From contig CAXNAD020000027.1 of NCBI GenBank assembly GCA_964200185.2, positions 1-43,694 on the forward strand: a stretch of DNA of 43,694 nucleotides, written 5' to 3'. The position numbers and the translations under genes were made by a program. This DNA is from Choristocarpus tenellus KU-1152 (Eukaryota; Protista; Phaeophyceae). This document shows positions 1-13,500 of the stretch, one piece after another; within the stretch, counting starts at the first letter, position 1; every line of letters begins with the position of its first letter. A model generated the notes under the pieces. The model saw only the letters and a program-made list of their open reading frames with translations. It ran no database searches and was not told the origin of the DNA.

Positions 1-189
1 ATCAGTCCGTGGCTGCCTGCACCTCTTGTTCTCTCCAATCGCGTGTATCAAGTATTGACCTTTGCTGCAACACTGTCTTCAAGCCAATAGACAATGGGGT
101 TACAGTACATCGCATCGATTTACTTTTACAGCAGCATCTATTGTGTTTGCTTTCCTTTCAACACTCTCTTGTAGAGCGAGCCCTACCAT

Positions 190-220
190 TGTGTGTGTGT
201 GTGTGTTTTCGCGCGCGCGT
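190..220. repeat. (TG)n microsatellite followed by (CG)n run
   Basis: tgtgtgtgtgtgtgtgt tttcgcgcgcgcgt. Confidence 0.8.
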
Positions 221-1512
221 GCTTTCCCCGAAGCCTAAGCGCTGGCTGTATCTTATACCATTCACTGTTCACCAGTTAGCAAACAACCAATATGCCAAGG
301 TACGTGTTGCATTATTGACGTTTGGGCCAACCCCTAGTATCCATGGCACTATACACTTGACTTCAAAACATCCCTGCTCAATCTGGGTATTGAAGTTATC
401 TGGATTCTGATATCATTCTCGCATCTGGTTGGGTAAGTTAGTTGCACATAATGGAGGTATTATCATGTTGATAGAAATGTTTTAGGGTGGGGTAAAAAAT
501 GTGGTACGGTTTGGTTTGGTAAAGCTGAGCAGTGGTCAGGAGCTTTCTGTATCATGATATAGAAGTAAAGACTAAATGTGTCTTCTTTTACATAATACTG
601 TAGTAGTAGGTTCCAACTTCAGGTTCTTCCTCTGTATGTATGGTATGTATTCCCTCAATATCCATGCAAAGTGAGTTTGAAGTATCCGTTAGCATTGATG
701 AAACAAACATGTCTGAACTTTGAATACAATACCATACATTCAGAGTTGATGTAATTGAGAAAATTCAACATTTGGTTGTATTTCTCATCTTGATGAGGTT
801 TAGGGAGTATTTATTATTGGAATATATTTTATTTTCTTGTTAACAACCTGCTCTGTGATTCAGGATTTGTAGAATTTATGTTGTATGATGAAAAGTTGTA
901 CTGAAAAAATATATACAGAACATTGTATGTACTTGTAGTGTTATTGGGGTAGAACGCCAGTGGACATTATGTTACTAGTACCACTGAAAATCTGCAGTGT
1001 GGTAGGTTCTTTTCAACAAGTTACATGGAGCATCTTGTTGTAATGGTAGGACCTTGTGGCACACTAATAATAACACAGTGGTAGCAATAATAATAATAAA
1101 ACACATTTGTACTTGCCGTATCATGCACTAATTGCAGAAACCACTTCTGCTAGTTTCAGAGTAGATACCTTACAGCATTTGATTGGTCTAAGCAATTCAC
1201 ACAAGTTTCGTTTGAGATTTAGATCAATTCAAATGTCTCAAGGTTGCATTACTGACAGAGTACATTCAGCATAATAACTGATATTACAGTTAGAGTAACC
1301 TATCTAGGATACAAGTAACACACAATGCTGCGATTTGTTTCCTACAGCTGGTGTTGTTTCTCATATAACTTAGTTAGGCACATGAACATGATACTTGTAC
1401 ATGATACACCAACCCAATAATACCAAACACATCCAAAAGAGTTTTGTTCTTTCTATATAGATGTATCATTTTGCCAGCACATGTACAGATAATTTAAAGG
1501 TCGCAAAGCTTA

Positions 1513-4500
1513 CTACACTAACATCATGAATGCACATGGTATCTGATCTACTTGCTCAACTGGGAAAACTGAAGATCCTACACGGAAGTCACCTGCATTA
1601 TGCAAGCTTTCATTGTGTGATTCGATGTATGGTTAATTTTGTCCTGCATGTGGAAATACTTGAGAATTGATTGTGTTGAGTACTGCTAACCTTATACCAC
1701 TTACTACAGAGTACAGAAAGATACGAGATACACAAACTGAAGTAGTAACTTTGGTAGTGCATACAAGTAGTGCAAACATTTGGTGGCAACTTCTTGATAG
1801 TAGGATACCTTACACATGTTTACACTGGGACACATACCCATTTTGTTGTCAAGGTAGTTTTCCCTTGTCTTGCGGCTGACAGATATTCCAAGAATTCCAA
1901 CTGCTTCCTCTCGACATAATAGATCATGATGTGAGGCAATTTTCAAAAAAATCTGTGCAATGGTTAAAGGATGTAGATGTCTTCCTATTTTGCCTCACAA
2001 TTATTGATAGCGATCACTAGGCACATCCTCGAGTCAGGGGAGTGTTTTGGCAGTGGAACATGACAAAACTAGCTCTCAGAACTTTGATATAGACAATCAG
2101 AAGGTCAGGAGCAGCGTGTATAGCACATCAAGTACAATCACAAGCTGGGCCATGGCTAACGAATAGTTAAAAGGAGTGGTACTTGAGGGATCATATAAAC
2201 ATGCAAAATTGATTCTATAGACTGCACATCTGAGTTAACAACAATGAAAGCCGGAACAAGGAGGCAACAAACTTCAGCTGAAGATGACACAAAACATTGT
2301 GGTAGACAAAAATCAAATTTATGTGACTGATACAAAACTGCCTTTGCTCTGCTTCAAACGTGAAGCTAGTTTCAAAGAAAAAATCCTAAGCCCCATGGCA
2401 TCTGACAAACACTCCTCTATTCCAGAATCACTCACTGTAACCAATCCACCTTCCCCCAAGTCAATTTTCACAGCTCCCCCATTGGGGAGAAGTGCCCCCC
2501 CTCTGCCCAACCCTTCAGTGGGATTGGGTGCCAGTGACTCATGTGTATATGTGAGAGTATATGAGACAGGGCTCTGTGCAGTGAGCAAGAAATCAACACC
2601 TGAGAACCCATTTTGATCATGCACAGGTGCTGCCCCTACCCCACACCCCACACCTGGAATCACTGATGCAAGTTCTGCCAGAGGCGGCACCATTTTGGAG
2701 ACAAGAAGCACGAAGTCCTTCAGATTCATTTGCTTCCTTAGCATTGACTGGACTTCAAGAATCGCAACTGGACACGTGGGTACACTAGAGGATGGAATGA
2801 CCACTACCCCAGGTGGCTGCCCAGAGCACATGTGGTCAGCAGAGAAGGCACTGTGGGAAACCAGAATTACATGGCCTGTTGTGATATGGCACAGTGACAC
2901 ATGCAACACACTACTGGCCACAACACGGTAGCCGGCATTATTAGGTAGCAAATTTGGCAAGTCAGTTGCTTGCTCAGTCAATGAGAGCATAGCACAAAGA
3001 CCTTCTCCTGCAAATTCCATAGACATGCACATAGAGTACACTGAAAAACACCTTGGAAATACCAAGGTTATAATTCCTCTCTGTTCACCTGGTATGGCAT
3101 CCAACCTGTGAGGTGCCATCTCATTGCCCTCTTCATTAGCATCACTAACTTCCATCCTTCTTGCTTTGTGCTTCTTGATTGTAATGCCACTGAGCAATGG
3201 AAAATGGATCTGCGCATCAGTTGCAGCCACTGCCACATGCCTTGCTCTCACAGCCTCAGTTTTTCTTTCATTGAAAATATGACTTCCTGCACCCAAATGT
3301 AGGTGCCATTCCCAGGTATGTAAGTGATCGTGGGAGGACAAACATTTCACTTCAACAGTTTCAACTAACAAAGGAAAAGCTGACCAGGTTGCAGGCCTTG
3401 GCATCAGCACCAAAAACTGGTTGGCTCCATTAAACTCTGGCAAAGAGCTGCGTTTTAGAGATACTCTCGATCCTAGCCTTGCCAGGGCTCGCTCAAGACG
3501 AACTAGAGGGATAAGGCAGTGACAACTCTGTAAAATTGAATCTATCTCTTCTTCAGTAGAAACTGCCACACTAGTTTCAGCACTTGGAGTACAAAAGATT
3601 GAAGGCATCACTTGTTTAGTTTCTCTATTTCCAGACAAAGCAAGGCGCTTGCCTCGATGATTCCCATTGGCAGTACGTTGATGGCACTCTAGACCAGACA
3701 ATTCACCAGGAGTAGATGCCCTCTTGCCAAGTGTAACACTTCCGTCCCCTGCCTCAAGAATGCTGTTTGAACCAGAAGCCTGAATGGTGTGTGGCAGGTT
3801 TCTGAATGAAGCAACCTCATGCCGTGCCACCACTGCAGGAACCACTGACCTGGGTACAATGTCATTTGTCTCTGTGGGACTTGCAGTGGCAATCAGTATG
3901 GCTTCCACATCCAGGTTTGCTGTGACACTGAACTCCACGAAGAATGTCAGTGTCTCACCCACCCTAACATCTCCCTTTGCAGCAGTTGGATCTAGTGCAC
4001 CAAATGACATTGCTCTATTCTTACTCACTGTGCCTCCAACTGAAATTGTCTTCTCTCCGAGATCGGTTTCACTCAACATTGGTGACATTGACATACCCCA
4101 TGACCCTCCACCACCCAATTCCAATGGCCTGCAATCTGACCCCCAGGTGTTACTCTGTCCCATAAATGGTGGCTTGAGATCATTCACTCCTACCTCCCTG
4201 AACTGATGGAGACTGGTCAATGTTCGGGAGGAGATCCCATCGCCCTGGTGGTTTTCTTTGTCGCCAGAAGGGGGTCGCACCTCCCTATCAATGAGCACCT
4301 GCCACCTATGATGTGACACAAGGCCATACCTTTGGCAAAGCACTTTGTCCACCTCTTCCAAGAGAAGCAGTCCAAATGCTTCCCGCAGAAACCTACGCAC
4401 CTGTATTAGAACAGTAGTTTGAATACATAAATGTCTCAAGAAAACATACAAAGTCAGTTACACCAGACAGACTCCTGCCCATCAGTCCATCTCAAAAGTT

Positions 4501-7500
4501 ATGGCATACTGAAATATACGGAAGTGCATTTGTTACTAGTATAAAAGTATAAAGTGAGAGAGAGGGTGCTAAGTTTGAAGGTTTTCTCTGACTTCCAGTT
4601 GGTACATACTTTTTGACCACTCTGTCCACAATAGTGGAGCATCTTTTGGCTAGTTTGAGGTACATTCAGTTAAAAAAGAAAAAAACTTACTGATATCCCT
4701 TTTCAAATTGAGTTGAAAGAAAACTCAAACAACTAAACCACACACCCTCTTGGATACCCCCTCTCAGTCACTTAAGACTCTAGATCATACCCAACTGTGC
4801 GGTCCAACCACACCTGTGATTCTCTTAGGTCCCTTTGCTCTTGATACCCAACCAGCGCTTCAGCTCCCATAATACGCTGATTGGATCCTTCTGCAGCGCC
4901 CAGTGCTGAAGCACCACCATTTGCGGACTCCTTGGATCGCATGGTGACCCTTGCTGCAGCCAAGGTTGCTGTGATATTTGCCCCCATTCCTAGCTTACCT
5001 GTGTCTGGCAGGAGGTTCAAGGCTTCCTGCAAGCGAGACAGGCATCGCTCTAGTGATGGATTTATACAGTTCCCTCTGTGAACAAGGTACCTGTGCACAA
5101 ACAAAACAGAGTCCACAATCCATTATAAGATGCTTTGAAAACCTTCAAATTTTACATGTACACAGTAGATACAAGTCAACATCAAACACTTCAACTAATC
5201 ATTTCAAGAACAGAGTTGTAATACATACAAGTAATCTTACCGGCCACTTTGCACATCCAAAGACACCTCCACACAGCCCATTTCCCTTGGACAAACCTGG
5301 ACAGTGAATTCGCCCACCACACGTATTTGTGGTCTCTGACCCCTGACAAAACAAAACAAGTTCAGAACTCATGAGTGAATTCTTCAAGTAAACTTGTCAA
5401 AAATGCAGTTGAAGTAAAGATCTGTTGGCCAAGAAAATGACAATGTATAGTTCTGTGCAAACATGACTCAAAATATATGAAAACAAGGTACGGTAAGGGT
5501 AAGAAAATTGCCACCTACCTAAGGCAGATGTCCTGTGCTGTCTTTTTTAGCTCCTCTGCTAAGGTCTGAATTTTTGCAGCTGCAAATATCCTCACTGCTG
5601 AAAGCAGCACATCACTGCAGCTTAACTCATCAGGCTTCACCATGACTGCACCACTGATAAAGTTTGACATCCTGTTCTTCACACGTGGTTTACAGTCATC
5701 TCTCTTAACCTGGTTACTCCTCTCTAAACTTGAACTTTCTGTGGTGGTAAGTAGATCATTCACTGGTCCAAGCTTCACCAAGACCTGTGATACAGCAAAG
5801 AGAGGGAAATATTATATGAAAATACAAATTTCATAGAACACGTTCATGTCCGACTTTCATATTTATCCATACATAAGTGCTGCATTACGTATCTCCTGCA
5901 TGTACCTGGCAATATCAAGATCATTGTACAGCAGATGTCTGTAAAAAGGCCATGACCTGGTGGTGTTCAACTCACCTTTCCTTCCTTGCCTTGAGACCGA
6001 TAGATTCGAAGGTACCTACAACCTTGCGGAGCTGGTAGGTCACAGTCCCATTCCGTGTGCTCCACATCTACAGAGTCTCCTTGGACAGTAGAAAAGTCAA
6101 TCTGGCCCCCTACCCCAATATCCCTACCCGTGCCTCCAAGCCCAGTGCTGTACTCCTTTTGCCAGATGTACAGGTCCAGTACCTTCAGTGCATTGGGTAA
6201 GTGAAAAGCAGGATGTAGCATAGATCAGATGCCTTGCACTTATAAAGCTAACAGTTTAGGTGAAAACTCTAATCAACTTGTAATATCCCCAGCAAGCTCC
6301 AGAGCACTCAATCCAGAAAGAACAAGAACTTTGCTACACTTACATCCCACACACTCTAACGTACATGTCAAATACTTGGTAGGGCACAGCTCATGTGTGT
6401 GCCACTTGCCTGTGCCTTCTTGTAGTACCTTGTCTGGAGTTGGTTTGCCCAGAGGCCTCCCATTCTCGTAGACAATGCCTGTGCTTGAGCACAGAGCACC
6501 TCCAGTACAATGCCAGCGCAGAAGTCATGGCAAAGGCAATATGCAGCCAACAGTGGGCCTGTACTGATGCTGGTTTCATTGTACCTATACATCACCTTTT
6601 GAACCACCTCGTGGAGATATCTAGCCACATACACAAGAAAACAGTGTGTAAGTGAAGATGCTGTTTGTCACAAATCATACTTGAAGATACACACTCTCAC
6701 ATGAACATTCCATAAGCATAAGCTTCCAGTTCTAAGATATGTAGAACAGCACTCTGGACTCTTTGTGTTTAAAAGCAAGAGTCATATCAATTTCGTACAC
6801 CTTCCTTTCCTGTTTCCATACTAAAAACTATACATTGACAAGGACCAATCAATATGCAACCAGTTTTCCAACTCTAGCACGATTGAAATATCTGTGTGAA
6901 GCACAACTCCTTGCCAGAATTGATATCCACTCTACCTCCAAAAGGACATTTCGATTTATAGAGCTTTTGACCAAAATTGCAAAAGAGCCATTTCATTCTC
7001 ACACTTCTTCTAACAGAACATAGCAGACAAACTAACAATGATCAGAGGGAAAAAAATCTATACGATTTCTCCTTGATGTTCAGAAGTAGCACCCCAACAC
7101 TAATAGAGCGTCAGCTTCCATCTAATGATATATCTACACCTTAAAGTATGCAAGAAGAAAGTCAAAGTAAACAAGAGGGGGGGTGCAACACTCCCCTCTC
7201 AGCTATTTCTCAGACTCTTGCACACTGCAGGTCAAACTGTGTAAATTGGATTGTGCTCGTAGGGTGTTTCTCTTTGTGGTGAGACTAATATATGCCATAA
7301 TAAATGTGCACAACCAGTCAGCACTATCAATTGGGCATACTCTCATGTGCAAACTGCAAATGATACTCTAGAGTAGAAGCACTACAAGTCAGAAATAAAG
7401 GTTCCCCACCTTTGCTGCCGCCAGTCTGATGGGGGCTCCGCTACAGCCTCACCCTTCCTAGCATGGATGTTAATGTGCACACCAAGCAGAACCCATGGGG

Positions 7501-9132
7501 CCCCATCCTCTTCTCCTTCAAGAGTAACCAGCAACTGTACAAGTACAAGGGTCAGCACATGGAAGTATGTAGTGTATTCATATCATCAAACATATCAATG
7601 AACAAGCTGACAACTCCAATCTTGGAAACCTAAACATAATTCCATTCATTGTGCGTAAGTCAGAAATAGCCCACATTGTATCATGCCAAGATACTTCAAG
7701 ATTGTGCGGGAGTGCAAAAATGGATTCATACACTGGTTAAGGAAGATTTATTAACTATTGACAAACCTTGCAGCAATAATGTTATATCCAAACTACGGAC
7801 AACATTACGTATCATGAAAAGAAATATCAAAACGTGACTAAATATACACCCACATGTACCCTCTAAAGAATCTATGGTTAGCGGCTCCAGATCCCAACTA
7901 CTCCATTTGTGGAAGTAGGGATATTTTTCTCAAGACCTGAAGTCTTGTCTCCTTCACCCTACAACTATGGGGCGTGGATCAGGTATCCTGAGGTATTAGC
8001 CCATGAGGTACAGCTGTCAATGCAACTAAAAATCAATTTGCACGCACCATATGGCTTGAGCAGCCAATTTCAAGAACGTCCGCCAATGTCGAATGCCGAC
8101 TTAGTCTCTATATCTCTGGAGCTTGACATCATCCCCATGCAATAACCGACTTTGTCACCCAAGCGATGACTGTACCAGCCCCACGACAATGTCCAACTTT
8201 ATCCTCCCCTAGCTGCTTCACAGCACCATATCCATAAATTCGAAATTCACGACCACCATCAAAGCAAACAATCTCACACAAGCCAACTCACCTCGAACTC
8301 CCCTTGAACAACTAGCGTAAGTACCCCACCCCTTAGGCTGTGGGACGTGAAATAGCTTGGCAAGGACTCCCTCCGCAGCAAGGATTGCCTTATGGCTCGC
8401 TCTACCAGTGATATCACCTTTGACTTCCCTGTTGAAAGCTGTAATTGCATCGGCCCCACCCACAAGTTTCTATCAGCGAGGTGCGTGTGCAGACCAACGT
8501 CAACACGAGGGCAAATCTAATACCATACTTGAAGATACTCTTCCTTGTCAAAATTATTACCTCCGTGTGAGGCTGAGGCTCCGTGTCTCCACCACAGTAT
8601 TCGATTCCCTTGGGAAGACGCGGGTACTTCCCACCAGCAAGGACATCCACAGCTGCTGGTACATCATACAAACGCTGCCTAGCACCAAACAGGCCACCAT
8701 GCATGAAGAAAAACTGATCCTGGCACTGGAACATCGACGTAGGGAGGATTTCTGAGACTCTGGTCAGACTTGCTAGCCTTTTCACTCTCACCAGCCCCTA
8801 CTCACTTATTAGTTGCTCACCGTGTCGATGTGATCTCGCTGAGATTGGCCCTCAACAAGGACATCTCTGGCTTTAACCACAATTCCTCCATGGCAATCAG
8901 ACAGCCAACGAATAGCCACGTATGTCTTGAGGAAACGCGCACGGCACAAGCGCACATAAGTAAGCAAATCCTCCCGTCGCGCATTGAGGTTCACACGGTT
9001 GAGTGTGTGAGCCAGATGTCTAACATCATGAAAAGCTCGGTCGACCACCCTTCGAACCAGCTCAGAAGCATCGATACGAGGAAGGGGGTCGAAGGGAAAC
9101 TCACCTTCGCCTTCTCCCCCTGGCGTGCTCAT
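1513..9132 (-). CDS. MED14: Mediator of RNA polymerase II transcription subunit 14 (MED14/Rgr1 family), 12 exons, ~1323 aa; last two exons tentative
   Basis: Hand-spliced exons on the - strand: 9132-8821, 8725-8561, 8438-8292, 7534-7410, 6620-6410, 6182-5976, 5784-5519, 5342-5241, 5090-4814, 4400-2436, 1952-1838, 1592-1513. Total 3972 nt with consistent phases. The N-terminus matches the Med14 pattern: LVRRVVDRAFHDVRHL..RREDLLTYVRLCRARFLKTYVAIRW, ARQRLYDVPAAVDVLAGGKYPRLP, GVLTLVVQGEFE|LLVTL..PWVLL, PLLAAYCLCHDFCAGIVLEVLCAQAQAL..W, VSLDVQSGRY. The C-terminal part is divergent and could instead end at the in-frame stop at 2319. Confidence 0.8.
2436..4400 (-). CDS. MED14: Large internal exon (exon 10) of MED14-like gene, divergent C-terminal region
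   Basis: Lies inside the 710-aa ORF 2319-4451. Acceptor CTAATACAG|GTGCGT at 4400 is in phase with the upstream exon. Strong donor ACA|GTGAGT at 2435. Confidence 0.7.
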
Positions 9133-9363
9133 GACATCAGGCTTTTCTAAGGTGGGTAAGGATACTGTCCAAGAAGAGGGAGACCTTCCATGTTTCCATA
9201 CGTATCTACCGACAGTACAATTTGGTGGAGAGGACATACAGATACAGAACATTATTCTCGACTAATGTAACAAAAACTCCACCTATATTACTTCTCCTGT
9301 AACGATAAACCAACAAGGATATGGCGCAAAATCTGTGGTAAATCAAATACTGGATGCAGAGTC
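9133..9363. promoter_or_regulatory. Compact divergent (bidirectional) promoter/5'UTR region between MED14 and dynein heavy chain
   Basis: 231 bp between the ATG at 9132 (-) and the ATG at 9364 (+). It lies in a CpG-retaining zone. No specific binding site identified. Confidence 0.65.
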
Positions 9364-10551
9364 ATGACCTTGGACTCAGATGACCGTGTCGCATGGATCA
9401 GGGAAAGGGTTCTCCATGGCCTGGGCTTGGAGGAATGCGAGTTTAAGCGCATGCTTGAGGTCACCTCAGAGAATTCAGGGAAGTCAGGTGGTGTCTCCAC
9501 CACGGGGATCCACCACTCCGCGACCGATATATTGCGCGGATTTCTGGGCGCAAAGACAGGAGTAGGCTCTTCTATCTTCTTCTACACAGAGAAAGAGGAA
9601 GTAGAGGAGAGTGAGGAGTATGAGGAAGAGTACCAAGAGATGGTACCGTTAGCGGATCAACACAATCCTTCCACCGAAAGCGGGGCTGACTTTGCATTAG
9701 GTGTGGATGTTGGGGACACTGCAATGGGGGCGTCACCAATATCGGGGGATGTACCCCACATTGATACCGAACGTGAGGCTTCTAATGGGGTTGGTACCGA
9801 CAGCGGTGATACTTTGGACGGGGGGCTTGAAACGGGAACCGAGGGAAGAGCGGTAGTAGAGGCCCCACAACCGTTTCGTATGGAGACAAGGGTTAGACTG
9901 GCGACTCGTCTGGTGATTTCGACGAAGCTTCGCTGCAGGGTGATGCAGGGAACACTCCCAGACACTGCCCATAAGGTTATATACTTCGTCAAAAACGTAT
10001 CTGGGGAAGTAGCAAGGCCGCCATCTGCAAGTATTTATGACACTATGATCATGGCAATGGAGCACGGCTTCCTCACAGGAGACTGTCTCACGAACTTGTC
10101 CACAGTCATCAAGGATGTATTTACGCCGCTCTTGGACCATCAGCTAGGCTTAGGTATGCTCCTTGCGCCAGGCAATAGTGGAGAGAAGCCACCAGCTGAT
10201 GTTACTATGCTGCAGGATGCACCTAGAGTCGGTGACACTCTTCGGAACGAGTTCCGAGCCAATCTACAGAAGTTTGAATCACATGTGACACATGCCACGC
10301 AGCAAGTTAAGGGCGATGTGCACCTCAACGTACCAAACCTTAATATCGATGATCCAGACATTGGTAACGACTTCGAGGCTGTGTCGCTACTGGAAGGCGC
10401 TATGGAGGACTGGAGTCGTCTCATTACTTCCGTTGTAGAAGCAGAGAATGTCAAGCGTGTCAAGGGGAAAGGCCCAATGGCAGAGATAGAATTCTGGCGA
10501 CGGCGGAACGCCTCACTTAGTGCACTCTACGAGCAGATTAACATGCCCAAG
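9364..10551 (+). CDS. DNAH10: Dynein heavy chain exon 1 (N-terminal tail, with acidic low-complexity insert)
   Basis: ORF 9364 is open to ...YEQINMPK, followed by donor AAG|GTAATA at 10552. Contains [22 protein letters not shown], typical of the dynein N-terminal region 1. Confidence 0.88.
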
Positions 10552-13500
10552 GTAATATGGTGTAGGTCTGAATACCAGTTATACATAGTTTAATTGGTAG
10601 GTATCAATCACTTGCTATATTGCACCTTGCATGCATACAACTAGAATATTGGATCGAAATACATTACCCCCCTGAGCACAAGTATCACTTCAAGCAGCGA
10701 CACAGGTTCGTATGCATTGCAATAGATCAGCTTCCTAGATCACCTTTCAAGTTCCTAGAGGATAATGATCCAAGGTATTTATTTCATTCCTAGTGTTGAG
10801 TGTTTTCCTTAGGTCACATCTGTCACATATCCAACATTTCCTTGGACTTGTTCCAAAACTAAATATTTGCTTTTGTTTGCTCACAAGAAACCTCTCTGGT
10901 ATTATCACCTTCTCCCAGTCCAGAAAGATCAATTTTTTTCCATTTGGTAATTACACATTGATTTGCCTATCCACCTGATGATTATTGACTGCATGCAACT
11001 GAGAAAGGGGTGTGTAGAAACCACCTTGCTGAAGTCACATTCTACAATTCCATTGTGACTCAAATAGTTGAGGCATGACTCAATGAACCCAAATGATCTT
11101 GTAGAATCAGCACTGTTGTTGGAAGTTGCAACTCTATGAAGTTTATGGAGATAAGGTGTTGTCTGTCCTGTATTAGTAATATAAGGAAGATAATTGCAGA
11201 AGCATCAATTGTTGTGTGCCACGCATTGTGTTCACTTCCTTGAACTTGTGGAAGCATCCTGCCCATTTTGCTTTATTTGATTTTTGTGTACACTGTCAAC
11301 ATAGGATCAAGTTTGATATACATGATCTTAAGACACGTAAGGAAAAAACTAAAAGTTGGCCTGTTCTCGTTGTAGGTCCAGAAAATGCTCAAGGTGATGG
11401 ATGAACTGGAGGCACCAATGCTGCCTACATTTAACTACCATTTCTCTGAGCTCTCAAAACTCTACATTGAGGCAAAAGACAATGTCAAGTAAGAGCTATT
11501 GACTACAAGAAGTTTTTTTCCAAATTGCTGATGTTGTGCTTGCAAATCTGAGTGTCTTGAGTCTAGCATACTCAGATCAACTAACAATCTGTGAAAAAGA
11601 AATTGTGGAGGAACACAATTGTTGAAGTATGTTCAGGATGTACATCAAGAATGCCATTATGATTATCCTTGTGATGACCACCAGGAGAATATGATCTTTT
11701 GACTAAACAATTGAGTTGGAGGCACCATAAAATCTCAATGTCAAAGTCCTCCCATCTGACAGGTTTCTTACTACTCTGGAACGGCACTTCAAGAACATTG
11801 GTCAGGGCTCTCTCAGTACAACTTTGGACACTTTACCATCAATGATGAATGCCATTCGCATGGTATGGGTCATCAGTCGGCATTACAACACAGATGAGCG
11901 AATGGTTCCACTTATGGAGCTTATTGCTGGAGAAATTGCAAGCAAGGTATTGAACATTGTCTGCTCTTCAACAGTCAATAGTTGGAACCGGAGAGAATGC
12001 GAATTTAAGCAGTCTTTGTGCCTAGCTGTTATTGTGTGTACAACACTTCTTCATTCTTATGATTAACCAATCCCGCTCAGCCAGGTCGAGACTCGGATCA
12101 ACATTCGTACCATACTCATGAAATCTCCAGAGGCTGCAAAGAACATGATCACAGAGGCACGCAAAGTGTTGGAATCATGGCATGCTACCTACATGGATGT
12201 ACGCCACCGCATTGAAGAATCAGGAACAGATCACCGTTGGGAGTTTGACCGCAAGAGACTTTTTGAACAAACTAACTACATGGCTCGAGTATGTGGAGAT
12301 CTGCTAGAGGTAATTTCCTCCTTGAGCATATACTAACAACTGTCTTTATTTTATGTTTCATATCATTTTGTTGGGGATAGGGTGACAAAAACATAATTGC
12401 CTACTCAGCTGTGCTGAACTTATGGTACATGTTCTCCCACAGACTATTCGTAACCATGAGTAAGTTTGGACCAAGCATTCTTGAGTATTTCTGGGCACTC
12501 ATTTAAACACTGTTTCTCAGGTTGACTAGTACAGACCTTGTGCATTGAGCTCAAGTACCCTTCCACCATATGCTACACTCTAACAGTCAATTATTGGATG
12601 AAATCTACAACTTCAGTACTCTTGCCAAGTACCCTAGACCTCAGCTGCATGACCATAGACTACATTTTTAATTCTGTATTGTGGTTGTACTCACAGGTCG
12701 CCACTGTGCTTGACCAATTTCACAAGTTCTTGGGTCCAGAGTTAAAGGCAGTGACAGGAGAATCAGCAGGAATTGATGGCATCATGGAACGTGTTGATGG
12801 ATTGGCACTACCACTCAACAAGGTAGAATGTCCAACTTGTTAAAAGAAATGGAACATATTTATAATATGATATGGTATGATATGATATCCTATCCTCCCA
12901 AGTACAGAACAAGAAAACATGTTCTACTCTTGATCCAGGATCAATGCCCAAAGTATTCCCTGACATATTGATGATGGTTTGATTACATATTTGCTTCCTG
13001 TCCGTGATACGACCAGGTGCCATTTGACATTTTTGATATGAAGTATAAGGATAGCTGGCACACTGTAATGCAGCACTTCAGACAACAGGTTGAAGAGATT
13101 GAAGACATGACCAAATCATTTATAGAACAGTCATTTCAAAAACTTCGATCAGCTGAGGGTGCATTTGAGCTTGTGCAAAACTTTCAGAACATCCAGAGCC
13201 GTGACAGTATTCACCAGCAGATCAATGAGCGCTACAAGGATATACTGTCACAGTACACCAAGGAGCTAGATCATATCAACAACATATTCAACACATACAA
13301 AGCCTCTCCACCAATATACAAGAACTACCCTGCAGTGGCTGGGGCAATAGCTTGGGCACGGGATCTTTACAACAGAGCAAAGAAGCCCATTTTGCGTTTC
13401 AAGGTGGGCACTGTACTCTCATCCATCCCATATGCAAGAGACTCATGTTCCCCCGCTGCTATTATCTTGCATTCAACACCTATTCAGCAGTGCAAAGTAC

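Noticed and set aside
9-410. 133-aa plus-strand ORF
   Set aside because: GTG start, crosses a microsatellite, and has no motif or splice support.
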